A stretch of DNA of 64,000 nt from Chloroflexota bacterium (GCA_965221905.1 OZ244922.1:2016001-2080000), one strand, 5' to 3'; positions 20,628 to 31,715 are shown, counted from the stretch's first letter. Translations and numbers: made by a program. The notes: generated by a model from the sequence alone, not told the origin.

Positions 20628-21277
20628 AGCAAGTTCTCCAGTGTGCTATTGCGACTAATTGGTCGGGACGCGGGTATGGTTCTGTTTCGTAAAATCTCCT
20701 CCTTCCCTAGAAACAAACCCGCCGCATATTTACTGAAAACATTCTAGCGTATTATATGGTATACTGCAACGGCATGGCAAGTATCAAACAAGGGGCTCCT
20801 CACCTGGTGCGGGATGGGGGGTTCCTCATTTAAGCTCCCGAATGCACTTGAAATTGTATGAGGAATGAGCCGCGCCTGCCACACGGTCGCGGCACCGTCC
20901 CGCGGCGCACCACCAAATAGGAAGTCCATCGCAGAATAATCTACGCGCATGCGCAACACCCTTGTTGGTTCGCGCGTCTCCCTGCGCCTGAGCAAGCCTG
21001 CAGGATGCGTCCCTGCGGTAGCGTCGTTGCTATCGGCCTTCTTTTCAACAACCTGCTCCACATTGTCTCCTGTGGGGATGCCCTGAGCCGCTAGGGTCCG
21101 CGCGACGGTCTGGCGGCGGTTCGTGCTGGCAACCGCCCGCGCGGCCGGGCAGAAGCTTGGTGGTCGTGGCGCACCTGCACCTGTGCGGGCACTCCAGTAA
21201 TGATAGCGTCAATCCAGCCGAAATTGCAAGTCAGCGTCATCGATCTTGGTAAGCGCCTGGTCCAAGCCGGCGCACTT

Positions 21278-22342
21278 TCACAGCGTGTACGCCTTATAGC
21301 CGAATTCGCACGGATTGCCGTGGCTGACGTGAAGCCGCCCCCGCAGCGGCTCCATCACATATGAAGCCACGGTCTCGATACTCTCAGGGGTGCCGTCGTT
21401 ATGTCTACAAATGCTGTGAGGGTACCCCTCGTGATCTGACATCATCCGCATCACGTCATCCGCGGACGCACGCTGAACGCTGGCGACGAGTTGGTCGGCC
21501 CGGGCGCAGCGCGGCGCCGAGTCCGGTATCTGATCGTGAAACATGTCGAACTGCTCGAGTTCAGGCGAACGGATGTTATTCGTGTGTGCCAGGGTGTCAT
21601 CGGTCGCTTCGATCACACCAACGCCGTGCGGTGCTGCGATTTCGGCATCCACCAAGCGGTTCTCACCATCAACCATCAAGTAGTTCCCAGCGGAAGAGAA
21701 CGTGGTTGAATGCATTATGTCAAGAACCTCCGCTAGGTTGCGGCACTCCAGAATTCGCCGCTTGAGAGGATAGTGCGAAACACCCACCCGCCAGCCCTCG
21801 GTGTAGAGTTGATTCTGCACAAACGCGACGCCGTGCTCATTGAAACCGGGATACCCGATGACGCCCGCCCACGTAAACATGATGAACGCAGGCTTCCCGC
21901 GCGGAGCCACGCGCAGCACCACGCCGACGTCCTTCATCCAGTCCCCGACGTCTTGGTTCTGCGCGATGATCGTGCTCTCGTTGTCCGTCCGGCTCGTCAG
22001 GAAGCCGAGCGAACTGCAGCCGTCGCTCAAACCGGCGTTCCCCAGCGTGAGTTCCGTGCGCACGTTGAGCAGCACGACCTCCGCAAATGAAACGTTAGCG
22101 CCCGCGGCTATGCCTCGCATCTCTTCAATTGCATCGGGTATGAACTCTTTAATGGAAGGCACAAAAGACTCCGCGCGCATCCGCAAGGTTTCGCGGTCCT
22201 GATTCTTGTGCTCCCCAATCGTCTGATAGGAGTGTTCCAGGAAACTGTGCACTTGCTCGCGGCAGGCCTCTCCATGCTGGCGGCCTAACTCGAATGGCGA
22301 TCCGCTCACTTTGAAATATGGATAGGACGGTGATTTCTCCAC
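21278..22342 (-). CDS. C45-family autoproteolytic acyltransferase/hydrolase (Ntn fold)
   Basis: GSPFELGRQHG, EEMRGIAAG, DG-CSS nucleophile, AQNQD, HTNN, ICRH. Confidence 0.88.
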   Translation of the reverse strand: MEKSPSYPYFKVSGSPFELGRQHGEACREQVHSFLEHSYQTIGEHKNQDRETLRMRAESFVPSIKEFIPDAIEEMRGIAAGANVSFAEVVLLNVRTELTLGNAGLSDGCSSLGFLTSRTDNESTIIAQNQDVGDWMKDVGVVLRVAPRGKPAFIMFTWAGVIGYPGFNEHGVAFVQNQLYTEGWRVGVSHYPLKRRILECRNLAEVLDIMHSTTFSSAGNYLMVDGENRLVDAEIAAPHGVGVIEATDDTLAHTNNIRSPELEQFDMFHDQIPDSAPRCARADQLVASVQRASADDVMRMMSDHEGYPHSICRHNDGTPESIETVASYVMEPLRGRLHVSHGNPCEFGYKAYTL

Positions 22343-22684
22343 TGCGGCGCTCCTATGGATTATGTAAAGCTCTTACGTTCTGTGTGATACGCTGTGGTTT
22401 TTGATTTCCATCCACATCGTACGCCTGCTGCCATGTGGCGGCAAGCGTTCGTATTGCCTACCCAGGGCTGGCATAATGTCAACAACCATGACCTCCTGTG
22501 TTTCAGCATGCTCGATGAACACACTTCACGCGGTGCAATAGGGGCTTTTGCGTTGCTCGACGCGTGGTTTCATCCTTGCCGTGCCTAAGCATAGAAAGGG
22601 TCCGTGTATGAGTGGGTGCTTGGTGGGCGGACAATCGGGCTTATTACATTAAGTCGTGTTTTTCCAGCACAAGGTAGGGCAACT

Positions 22685-23713
22685 ATGGAATCCCTAGAGA
22701 TACTCTTTCTCGCCAAAGACACAGTTGACGTGCAAGATCAGCCGGTGCCAGATGTACAGCCCGGTGAAGTCTTGGTGCGTTTGCAGCGCTCGCTCATCAG
22801 CACGGGCACAGAGTGTATTTGCTTGCAACGCAACTTTGCGCTGGGTTCGCACTGGGACACGTGGGTGAAGTATCCCTTTCGGCCGGGGTATAGCGCAGTT
22901 GGAGTAGTGATAGAGGCCGGTGACTTCGTCAAAGATGCAGCCGAGGTCACAACCGTTGCCGTAGGCGACCGGGTTGCACTGCCCGTCAAGCACGGACAGT
23001 ACGCAGTCGCAAATGCGAGCCGTGCGGTCAAGGTTCCGGATTCGGTCTCAGATGAGGCTGCTGCCTGGTTCTATCTGGCGTGCATAGCGCAGAACGCCGT
23101 ACGCCGGGCGGAGCACCGGCTAGGCGACGACGTGGTGGTGATTGGCGCTGGAATACTGGGCCAACTTGTGGTGCAATTCGTGCGTCTCCTTGGAGCCAAT
23201 CGCATAGTAGTCATCGACACAGCACCGGCGCGGCTTTCGCTGGCGGAGTCCCACGGCGCCACGCACACGTTGACCGTTGCATCGGGCGACGCCGAAGATG
23301 CCGTCTCATCGATTACGGATGGCAGGCTGGCGGACGTGGTGTACGACATCACTGGCAATGCGGCGGTGCTGCCTACGGCCCTGCCGCTGGCCCGGCGCTT
23401 TGGCAAGGTGCTCCTGCTTGGCGACACCGGCACGCCGTCGGACCAACGGCTCACGGGCGATGTCATCCGGCGCGGGGTCACGCTCATCGGCGCCCACAGC
23501 AGCAATCCGCCCCCTGCTGCGACCGACTACGCCCACTGGACCCATGAGCACATGACGAAACTATTCTTCACCTATCTGGAGCGCGGCCAAATGCAGGTTG
23601 AAGACCTCATCACGCACCGCTTCGATCCCCGCGAGGCCGCCGCTGCCTATGCCATGCTAAGCAAAGACCGGTCCCAGGCAATGGGCGTGCTCTTCGATTG
23701 GACGCGGCTTTAG
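22685..23713 (+). CDS. MDR-family (zinc-binding) alcohol dehydrogenase-like oxidoreductase
   Basis: SLISTGTE, YPFRPGYS, GAGILG Rossmann motif, LITHRF. Confidence 0.85.
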   Translation: MESLEILFLAKDTVDVQDQPVPDVQPGEVLVRLQRSLISTGTECICLQRNFALGSHWDTWVKYPFRPGYSAVGVVIEAGDFVKDAAEVTTVAVGDRVALPVKHGQYAVANASRAVKVPDSVSDEAAAWFYLACIAQNAVRRAEHRLGDDVVVIGAGILGQLVVQFVRLLGANRIVVIDTAPARLSLAESHGATHTLTVASGDAEDAVSSITDGRLADVVYDITGNAAVLPTALPLARRFGKVLLLGDTGTPSDQRLTGDVIRRGVTLIGAHSSNPPPAATDYAHWTHEHMTKLFFTYLERGQMQVEDLITHRFDPREAAAAYAMLSKDRSQAMGVLFDWTRL

Positions 23714-23875
23714 TGGCAATTGGCCGAGTGGCAGTTGCACGTGTGCAAGGATGGATCTGCTTTTTCGCCAGATGCGATCTTGCACGCCGTTTGACCCTAC
23801 TCGCGCTTCCTTTCGTTTATTGCCGCCACGTTGGGCCACGCATCCCTCACTTGGTCTACCAAAGGCTTGTACAGA

Positions 23876-24259
23876 CTAGACCGCACTGTGTACCAGCCGG
23901 CCAATGCCCAAGCCCACGAACACGAAGGCGATGCCCAGTACATTGCTGAGGAGAAGATTTAACAGGGCTAAGCGAATTTCGCCATCGCGCATGAGGTTGA
24001 CGCTCTCGATGCCGTAAGTTGAGAATGTTGTGAATGCGCCGAGCACGCCGATCAGAAAGAACGTGCGCACGTGAGGGGAGATGGTTGTCTGGGCCAGCGG
24101 CTCCCATAGCAGACCCACGGCGAGACAGCCGATGAGGTTGACGCCGAGTGTTCCCGCCGGGAATGCGCTCTCGAAGTAGCGGTTGATGATGCCTGAGAGC
24201 AGGTAGCGCAGGGTTGCACCGAATGCGCCGCCCAGGGCGACGAAGAACACGCTTGCCAT
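23876..24259 (-). CDS. crcB: Fluoride efflux channel CrcB/Fluc
   Basis: GGAFGATLRY, GTLGVN, GVLGAFTTFST; true start at 24259 (the longer ORF runs through the tRNA). Confidence 0.93.
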   Translation of the reverse strand: MASVFFVALGGAFGATLRYLLSGIINRYFESAFPAGTLGVNLIGCLAVGLLWEPLAQTTISPHVRTFFLIGVLGAFTTFSTYGIESVNLMRDGEIRLALLNLLLSNVLGIAFVFVGLGIGRLVHSAV

Positions 24260-24366
24260 AGCCTCTTTCCCAAGTCCCTTTGGCGGTCTGCGCACAACCA
24301 CATTAAACACGACGAGAGAGGTAGGCCGGACGACTCGTGGGTATGCAAGTGGGAGTGCGGTTAGTG

Positions 24367-24452
24367 TGGTGCCGAAGGCGGGAATCGAACCCGCACGGGT
24401 GTTACCCCACTGGTTTTTGAGACCAGCGCGTCTTCCGTTCCGCCACTTCGGC
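24367..24452 (-). tRNA. tRNA-Leu(CAA)
   Basis: GCCGAAG acceptor stem, CTGGT-CTCAAAA-ACCAG anticodon arm, long variable arm, GTTCGA, encoded CCA; TTGACC-18-TAGAAT upstream. Confidence 0.96.
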
Positions 24453-24509
24453 TCGCCTAAGATGATTCTAGAGAATCCCAATCACAGCGGTCAAGCAGTG
24501 TAAGTTATG

Positions 24510-25874
24510 TCAATTATCTTCCTGCTTCAGCCGTGACGCATCGGCAAGGATGTATTCCGCGACTTCCTGTCCGAGTCGGATGCTGTAGTTTATGCCCCGG
24601 TCTTCGGGATAGATGAGGGTCGTGTTGGCAAGATAGAGGTGGGAGATGGGCGTGCGGAGTTCCGGCTTCTTGTGTTGGTAGCCAACTTCAATGAGAGGCT
24701 GGGCAAACGGATCGCCTCCCGACCACATATTCTTCACCATGTCTCGCGAGAACTCTGGATACACTTGCTGCAGGAAAGGCAGATAGTGTTCGAAGAGCGC
24801 CGCGGTCTCCATGCGCATCAGCGGGTCCCGCGGAGACATGTAGCGTGCCACGTAGAGCAGGTGGCTGCCGCCGTAGGCCTCCGGCGATAAGAGATTCGTT
24901 TGCTCTACCAACGCCGTAAAGGGCAGTTCCTCCGCGCTGATGTTGAGCCAGTAATACGGTGACATGCGCCGATCGAGCTCCAGGAGCAGGCACGACGCGC
25001 CCTTATACTCAATGCTGCCCAGCCGTTCCCGGTACTCATCCGGCAGATCGGGGGTTAGGTGCAGAAAGATGGGCGTATGTACCGCAGCCAGGACAAGATC
25101 GAAGTCCTGCCGCTCACCGCCTACTACGATGCCGCGCGCTCGGCCGTTTTCGACGATGATCCGCTCTGCCGGAGCTTCTAGGTGAATGTGTCCGCCTAGC
25201 TCTTCGATGCGGCGCCCAAATGCGTCCACCAGGGTGCGAAAAGAGTTGTCGAAATAGCCCAATTGCTCCTTGGCCATGCCCTTGGACCGTGAAGACGCCC
25301 GTACGTGGATGCGCGCCCAAAGCCACGCCATACTCACCCGGTGCCAGTCCTCGCCAAACTTTGCCTTCAACAATCCGCCCCATATGGTGTCGAATACGCG
25401 GTTGCCGCAGAAGCGGCGCATCCAGTCCGCCGCGCTGATGTCCTGAAACGGCTGCCAGCGTTTGCGTTTCTGCAAGTAAAGCACCGAAAGGCCGAGCCGA
25501 AAGCGTTGCAGAGGATTGAGCGGCTTAAAACGCAGTACGTCTACAGGGCCGTTGAAGGGGAGCAGTTGGCCTTCCCAGTAGAAGCCCATCGTGGAATCGA
25601 CCCAGGTCAGTTTATCGGTGACGCCGAGGCGCTCTGCGGAAGCCAGGAGGTGATGGTCGCTGCTAAAGCAATGGTGGTAGTAGTATTCGACGAAGGTATT
25701 CCCAATCTCCCGAGTGGCTACCTCGCCTCCGAGCTGTGATTGTTTCTCGAATACATGGACCTGCGCGCCCCGAGCGAGCAGCGCTTCCGCGGCGGCCATG
25801 CCGCTAAAGCCACCGCCGACAACGGCAATACGCAGCGGAGCATCGGAATCGGCGGTCTGTGAAACTTGATTCAT
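24510..25874 (-). CDS. FAD-dependent oxidoreductase (amine oxidase / protoporphyrinogen oxidase-like)
   Basis: IAVVGGGFSG...EKQSQLGG, EYYYHH, IYPEDRG. Confidence 0.85.
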   Translation of the reverse strand: MNQVSQTADSDAPLRIAVVGGGFSGMAAAEALLARGAQVHVFEKQSQLGGEVATREIGNTFVEYYYHHCFSSDHHLLASAERLGVTDKLTWVDSTMGFYWEGQLLPFNGPVDVLRFKPLNPLQRFRLGLSVLYLQKRKRWQPFQDISAADWMRRFCGNRVFDTIWGGLLKAKFGEDWHRVSMAWLWARIHVRASSRSKGMAKEQLGYFDNSFRTLVDAFGRRIEELGGHIHLEAPAERIIVENGRARGIVVGGERQDFDLVLAAVHTPIFLHLTPDLPDEYRERLGSIEYKGASCLLLELDRRMSPYYWLNISAEELPFTALVEQTNLLSPEAYGGSHLLYVARYMSPRDPLMRMETAALFEHYLPFLQQVYPEFSRDMVKNMWSGGDPFAQPLIEVGYQHKKPELRTPISHLYLANTTLIYPEDRGINYSIRLGQEVAEYILADASRLKQEDN

Positions 25875-25893
25875 GTGGTTTCCCGTGAAGTGC

Positions 25894-27135
25894 TTAGCCT
25901 GTTGCCTGGCCCACAGGCGATCCTGGTAAATCCACCGCTTGCGTCGGCAACCAGCGCCTGCGACGTCGCCAAGCCAGGACACCGCCGAGAATAATTACGG
26001 GCAACAGGAGGAGTGCGTGCATCAGGAGAAGATAGGCCACCGCCATTTCAGCGGCGATGCCAAATTGGGTGAGGACCAGCTTACCGGCAAACTCGAAGGG
26101 CCCAATGTACCCTGGCGATGAAGGGATTGCCGAAAAGATATTGATCACGCCCATGGTCAATAAAAACACGAGCACCGAATCTTCCATTCCCATGCTGCGT
26201 GCAACTACATAGTATGTAAGGCCTTCGACAATCCATGAAGCCGCGCTCAGCACTAATATCTCCGCGAGTCTCTGCGGCGAGCGAAGGCTCTGCAGGCCCC
26301 CGACAAACGACCGCATCATGCCAACGATGCGGTATCCAATTCTACCCGGCAGCAAGAGGGACAAGCGCAAAGGCAGGGAAATGAGATAGTCGCGCGCAAT
26401 GATTGTAGTTCCTAAGGCGGCAATTAAGAGCAAAATGCCGGCGCCGACCAGCGGCATCAGGAGAGCTTCCGGAATCCATTGACCGAATTCCAAAAAGACT
26501 GTTACTAGCACGACTGCAAGGAGCCCGGTGAGTGCAAGCGCTCTCCCCAAAGTGCGCACTCGAGTCGATCGGTGCCGGGAGCGCCGCGACTGGTGCGTGG
26601 CGACAAGAATCAGAAGGCCGGTGGCCGCGATTGCCAGCACCGCGGCAATGCGCAGTGCCGTAAGCAACGGTGAAGGCCAGGAGAGAATTACCGTGCACGC
26701 TACGATTATGCCAAGGATTGCAAGCACGTCGAGGAGGCGCTCAAGGACAACAGTTGCCAAGGAAGCGCTCTTGCGAATTCCTGTTTCACGCGCAAGCAGG
26801 AAGACGCGCATCACGTCGCCCATGCGCGCAGGTACAACGTTGTTTACTGTATAGCTAACGATGAGAAGGGCAATCGCTTGCCGGGCCGGAATTCGCTCTA
26901 GTGGTAACAAGAGACGCTGCCAGCGCAGGCCCCGGATCGCCACGCCTACGAAATAGACGAGAACTGCCGGAACCAGATACCAAAAGTTCGCGCCACTGAG
27001 CGCCACCCACGTTTGCCCCAGGTCGAGACCCCGCAGCGCGAGCCACAGGAGAATCGCACTAATGCCAATGCCCACAATTGCCTGAATCGTGCGCATTGGT
27101 CCCGGTCGCCAGCGTGATTGAGAGTTCGAAAGCAT
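25894..27135 (-). CDS. Lysylphosphatidylglycerol-synthase TM / flippase-like protein (UPF0104)
   Basis: RGLRWQRLL, NNVVPARMGD, ERLLD, PSSPGYIGPFE; start uncertain (27135 or 27096). Confidence 0.85.
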   Translation of the reverse strand: MLSNSQSRWRPGPMRTIQAIVGIGISAILLWLALRGLDLGQTWVALSGANFWYLVPAVLVYFVGVAIRGLRWQRLLLPLERIPARQAIALLIVSYTVNNVVPARMGDVMRVFLLARETGIRKSASLATVVLERLLDVLAILGIIVACTVILSWPSPLLTALRIAAVLAIAATGLLILVATHQSRRSRHRSTRVRTLGRALALTGLLAVVLVTVFLEFGQWIPEALLMPLVGAGILLLIAALGTTIIARDYLISLPLRLSLLLPGRIGYRIVGMMRSFVGGLQSLRSPQRLAEILVLSAASWIVEGLTYYVVARSMGMEDSVLVFLLTMGVINIFSAIPSSPGYIGPFEFAGKLVLTQFGIAAEMAVAYLLLMHALLLLPVIILGGVLAWRRRRRWLPTQAVDLPGSPVGQATG

Positions 27136-27489
27136 CAGTGGTCCAAGAACTCGGCTGTTACATCTCTTTGTTTGGCAACGTCGATAGGCTCCCACACCAG
27201 CCTGACTGTCAAAGCGTGTGAATTTTCCTGTAGCAGACAGTAGTTGCCATGGTTTGTGACTTTGGAATGTCTCTAGCGTATTGCAAATGCGAGACGTGGT
27301 CAATTCCCCCGCTCTCACCCGTCCCATTCGCTCTATGGTTCGCAATACAGCGCTAAGGAATCCATTGGGGTACAAGCTAGAGCCAGCGGGAATCTCCATG
27401 CCTCAAGACTGGGAAATACGCCGCGCTGCGGGCATCCGCGACCCTCTTGCTACAGCAGTTCCCGCAGGGAACGATAGTCACCTTGGGTG

Positions 27490-28425
27490 TCATTGCTGAA
27501 AGCCGCCGAGAGAGCGCATGTACTCTGCCGCCGACTTTGCCGCAGACTCCGGATCGGGCAAGAGGTGCCAATAGTCTCGCGGCATACCCTTGAACGGATT
27601 CACATACTCATACAGCACGTAGCCGTCGAAGCCGCCCTGCCGCAGTTCAGCAAGCACTTCTTTCCAGTCGATATCCCCATCCGGGAGTTCCGTCCATTCG
27701 TAACCATAGACGTCCTTAGGCATGTAGTCTAATTCACCCGGCTGGCGGCGGCGCACATTCTTCACGTGGAGCATTGCTATATGGGGCGCCAATTGCCGCG
27801 CTTCATGCAGTACGTCCCTGCCTTCCATGTAGAGATTTGCGCCATCCATGACAAGGTCCAAGTCGGGCCCAACTGCGTCGCGCACCGCTAGCAATTCTTT
27901 GGCGTTGGACGTGGTCGTATTCTCATTGGACTCTACGATGATGCGCACGCCGCGCTCTTTGGCATACGGCAGAAGCTCCTTCAGTGCAGCCACGTGCAAT
28001 TCTCTTGCCTCTTGGGGCGAAAGCGAGACCTCCGGTATCGGTTCAAGCACATTGCCGATGCTGCGCAGCCACATGACGTCGAGCGTTGCTGCCAGGTCGA
28101 TATAGGTCTTATTGATCGCCAAACTCTGTTCGCGGAGTTCCCCCGGGGGATACGTAAGTGGGCAGTAGCAGGAAAAGCAGGCAATGTCAAGCTTTTTATC
28201 CCTGAGTACGCGCCGAAACTCGTAGCTCCCAGCCTCATTGACGAGCCGCGGGCTCAGCATGTCGTAACCAACCGCGTTGTAGTGGCGCTCCACTCGCCGC
28301 GGTACGTCGAGCGTGTAGCCGCGCAGACTAATGCCGTGGTAGCCGTATTTCCCGGCCCAGGCGAGGACCTTGGCTAGGCCAAACGGATGCTGCCAGCCGA
28401 CGCCTCCGTACAATGCCAGCTTCAT
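27490..28425 (-). CDS. Sugar-phosphate isomerase/epimerase (xylose isomerase-like TIM barrel)
   Basis: IVESNE, MDGAN, LHVKN, GFDGYVLYEY. Confidence 0.82.
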   Translation of the reverse strand: MKLALYGGVGWQHPFGLAKVLAWAGKYGYHGISLRGYTLDVPRRVERHYNAVGYDMLSPRLVNEAGSYEFRRVLRDKKLDIACFSCYCPLTYPPGELREQSLAINKTYIDLAATLDVMWLRSIGNVLEPIPEVSLSPQEARELHVAALKELLPYAKERGVRIIVESNENTTTSNAKELLAVRDAVGPDLDLVMDGANLYMEGRDVLHEARQLAPHIAMLHVKNVRRRQPGELDYMPKDVYGYEWTELPDGDIDWKEVLAELRQGGFDGYVLYEYVNPFKGMPRDYWHLLPDPESAAKSAAEYMRSLGGFQQ

Positions 28426-28942
28426 GTTCCTCGCTCCTCCGGCTGATTACCTTATGTCGAGATTAGAATGTGGATGACCAATTCTGATTGCGCAGTTCTC
28501 AGAGACTTCTGGAGCAACAAAAAGAGCGGTTGCCGTCACCGGTGTGAAGACAGACCGCACATAATGCGAGCGAGACCGGCTACATCGCTTTCTCAATATC
28601 TGGCTCAAATGCTACCTTCGGGCACCGCAGATGACGCGGGCTCTGCACAGATCGAGTAGGGCCTGACTTAACGATAGAACGCAAAACTCATGTCGAAAGC
28701 GATTCCCGCTTCACATCGACTCTCAATGGGATAGGTCTGGAGAGACCGGAAGGAAACGCCCACACGTACGAAAGGATGGGGCGTATTGAGATCCCGTTGA
28801 ATAACCATGCGCGTAGAAAGCCTGACAATTCCAGGTGTAGTGGGCATGATATTGCTTCGAATGTGCCGCATGGATGGGGCGCTACCGGAAAAAAGGCCCA
28901 ATGACAGCCATTTCCGGCGTGATACGCGCTACATACGTTGTC

Positions 28943-29018
28943 TGGCAGGAGCGGAGGGACTCGAACCCACGACCGCTGGTTTTGGAGACCAGTGCTCTTC
29001 CAACTGAGCTACGCTCCT
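28943..29018 (-). tRNA. tRNA-Trp(CCA)
   Basis: AGGAGCG acceptor stem, CTGGT-CTCCAAA-ACCAG, GTTCGAGT, CCA end; TTGACG-17-TAGCAT upstream. Confidence 0.96.
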
Positions 29019-29369
29019 CTGCGATAAGGCACCGTTGCCCCGTATTTCTATGCTACTGGATGGACAAAGAGCCGTCAACGATTGTATCTGAAGCGGCCCA
29101 CTAGATAGGGAAAGGCCCGGTCTCCGGAGTGGGGCTTCCTGTTGTGATCGCGCGACATTGCAGGTCTTCTCGCAGCACAACAGCAGGCGTGGACACGCGC
29201 TGCACGCCGCTGTATGCTGTATCGAACAACGATTGAATTGCGAACTAGCGGTGTTACCGCCCGATGGCTCCGCGCTTGGTTGGGCTTTGCAGGTTGCATT
29301 GCCCCCAAAGGCTACTCTGGAGTCGCGTAGCCAATTCACCGTCAATGCTCACCGGGAGGCTTCAACACG

Positions 29370-31154
29370 ATGTCACAAAACGCCACGCCAATATTGATCA
29401 TTTGGGATAGCCAGACCGCTGCACGTCTCTCTGGGTATATTACGGAGATTCTGCACGTAGAGGGCTACAATTGGTTTGCGGTACACGACCTATCTCGTGC
29501 AAGCATTACCCGCGAGCAACTTGCCCGGTATCCGATCGTGGTGCTCACCCACATTGCGGTTCCCGAAGAAGCACAGGGCATACTGCTCGATTATGTCGAT
29601 CAAGGCGGCGCGTTGATCGCGCTGCGCCCACCCGAGCAACTCGCCTCGGAAATTGGTCTCCATCCTTTCAACCGTGACCTCGCAGACCGATATATCGCTC
29701 TAAACAAGATATGCGCTCTCAATGATGGTGTACGCTTACCGCCCTTGCAGTTTCACGGCCGCGCCGAGCTCTATCTCTGGCACGGTGAACCGGCGTATGT
29801 GCTTGCGTACTTTGCAGCGACACCTGAATTCGTAACGAGGCACCCCGCAATTACGGTAGGCAAACGCGGCCTGGGCACGTGGGCGGTTTTCGCCTATGAT
29901 CTTGCAGAAAGCACGGTGCTCTTGCACCAAGGCCGGCCCGACCAGGCGAGCACCGGGTCAAACCCCGATCTAGACGGCGACCGGATGTACAAACCCAATG
30001 ACCTGTTCGTAGGCTATCTTGATCCCGAGCTCTGTCCGCTGCCCCAAGCCGATCTCCAACAAGACATACTGGTGCGCATCATTGAGTGGATGGCGGCGCT
30101 CACGCAGCCCCTGCCGCGCCTGTGGCACTTTCCCGAGGCTGCGCACGCGGTGGCGTTTATCAACGGCGACGGTGACAGCATGGCGTTAGCAGACTTGATG
30201 AATACCATCACGACTGCGGACCGATTCCAGGTGCCGTATACTACGTATCTCATGATGCAGGACCATCCGAAAGTTGAGCCAGCCTATGAGAGCGCCCATC
30301 GCCAGCGGGGGCACGATTTCGGTCAACACGCGTTTGCCGGTGCAAAACCTTCACTGGAGGAAATGCGCAGCGGTTTGCGGTCGGAGATGGAGGCCTTTCG
30401 CACGCGGTACGGTCATGAGTCCGTTACCTACCGCGGACACAGCGTGATCTGGGCCGGCTGGACCGAGACGGCCAAGTACCTGCGCGAAAACAAAGTCCGG
30501 CTCGATACCAATTTCGCTCCCGGTCGCTTTCATTACGCCGGTTATGTCAATGGAAGCGGCTTGCCGGTTAAGTTCATGGACGAAGACGGCAGAATGCTCG
30601 ACATCTACGAGCAAACGACGATGTCCACCGACGACGGTTGGACCGCGGATAAGATCTTCGCGACACCGTTGAGCGTGGAGGAGTGTATCGCGCTCTCAAA
30701 GGAGCAAGCGGACGCCGCCATAGACGAGTATCACACCGTCTATCATCCGTATTTCCACCCGCTTCGCACCCGCGCGGGCCCGACCTCATCGCAACAATGG
30801 CTTGAAGGTGTACTTGGCTATTGCCGGGAACGCGAATTCCACTTTGTAAGCGGCGTAGACTGGGTAGATTTCAACGATGGCAGACGCTCGCTGCAGACGA
30901 AAGCCTATGAGTTTCAGCCGGAAACTCTTACTCTGAATTTCACTCTGGAAGCGCCACGCTCAGTAAAGGCCCTTTCCATCGTGTTGCCCCACGCGTTTCA
31001 CGGCGCGCCTATGCAAAGCGCGGAAGTAAACGGGGAGCACGTTACAGTACAAGAACGCATTCTGGAGGGTAGATGGCAAGTACTCTTGCCTGCCGACTAC
31101 ACGGCTGGGAATGAATATGTGTGGAAAGTCCAGTGGGGGGCAGGCAGCGGGTGA
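29370..31154 (+). CDS. Hypothetical protein with GATase-like N-terminus and deacetylase-like (NodB-type) barrel
   Basis: YVDQGGALI, INGDGD, DFGQH, YRGH, YFHP patterns; GGGAGG RBS. Confidence 0.6.
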   Translation: MSQNATPILIIWDSQTAARLSGYITEILHVEGYNWFAVHDLSRASITREQLARYPIVVLTHIAVPEEAQGILLDYVDQGGALIALRPPEQLASEIGLHPFNRDLADRYIALNKICALNDGVRLPPLQFHGRAELYLWHGEPAYVLAYFAATPEFVTRHPAITVGKRGLGTWAVFAYDLAESTVLLHQGRPDQASTGSNPDLDGDRMYKPNDLFVGYLDPELCPLPQADLQQDILVRIIEWMAALTQPLPRLWHFPEAAHAVAFINGDGDSMALADLMNTITTADRFQVPYTTYLMMQDHPKVEPAYESAHRQRGHDFGQHAFAGAKPSLEEMRSGLRSEMEAFRTRYGHESVTYRGHSVIWAGWTETAKYLRENKVRLDTNFAPGRFHYAGYVNGSGLPVKFMDEDGRMLDIYEQTTMSTDDGWTADKIFATPLSVEECIALSKEQADAAIDEYHTVYHPYFHPLRTRAGPTSSQQWLEGVLGYCREREFHFVSGVDWVDFNDGRRSLQTKAYEFQPETLTLNFTLEAPRSVKALSIVLPHAFHGAPMQSAEVNGEHVTVQERILEGRWQVLLPADYTAGNEYVWKVQWGAGSG

Positions 31155-31155
31155 T

Positions 31156-31715
31156 TTAATCCGAGCTTCTGCCGGAACGCTCCGAGGATTCCTCCTTGAA
31201 TGCGTTGACTAGCGGATACTCATTCATATCGATTTCCTCTGGAGTAGTGCCCTCGGCCTTCGCACGAAAGAAGCGGTCTGTTGTCTCATTCTGAAGTGCG
31301 GCTATTTCCCCCGCGAGCGCTATCGCTTCCGGATTAATGCCGGCCTTGAGCGCGGCATCTGTATCCAATACTAGTATCTTATAGCCGCGAGGGTCATCAC
31401 TATCGACTCGATTGCCCTCCGCATTATAGAAGTCAAAGCTAAAATGCTCCGCAAGGGCTTCCAATTATTGATTAAGCTCGTCCCAACTCAACGCGCCTCG
31501 GTAGCTATATTGATCTGAGGTAGATGTTTCGCCAGTGCGGGTTGGAGCAGCTTCAGCCACGTTAGTACTGGGGCTGATCACTGGTGCCGGTTCGTTTGCG
31601 CTGCCGTCATCATTGGTTGGAGTGCTACACGCGGCACTTAACAAGAGGCTGGCGGCACAGACGGCAATTTGAACTTGTGCTACTGGGCGAAACGAGAATT
31701 AGAAAAAATGCGCAT
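31156..31715 (-). pseudogene. Lipoprotein pseudogene
   Basis: Frame of ORF 31156-31464 continues upstream through a TAA (31465-31467) to an LLSAAC lipobox; the ATG at 31715 needs a 1-nt frameshift. Confidence 0.6.

Noticed and set aside
24260-24366. Fluoride riboswitch upstream of crcB
   Set aside because: No GGCGATGG...TTCGCC / CTGATGAC consensus on either strand, only vague resemblance.
24260-24481. N-terminal extension of CrcB
   Set aside because: It reads through tRNA-Leu; the real start is at 24259.
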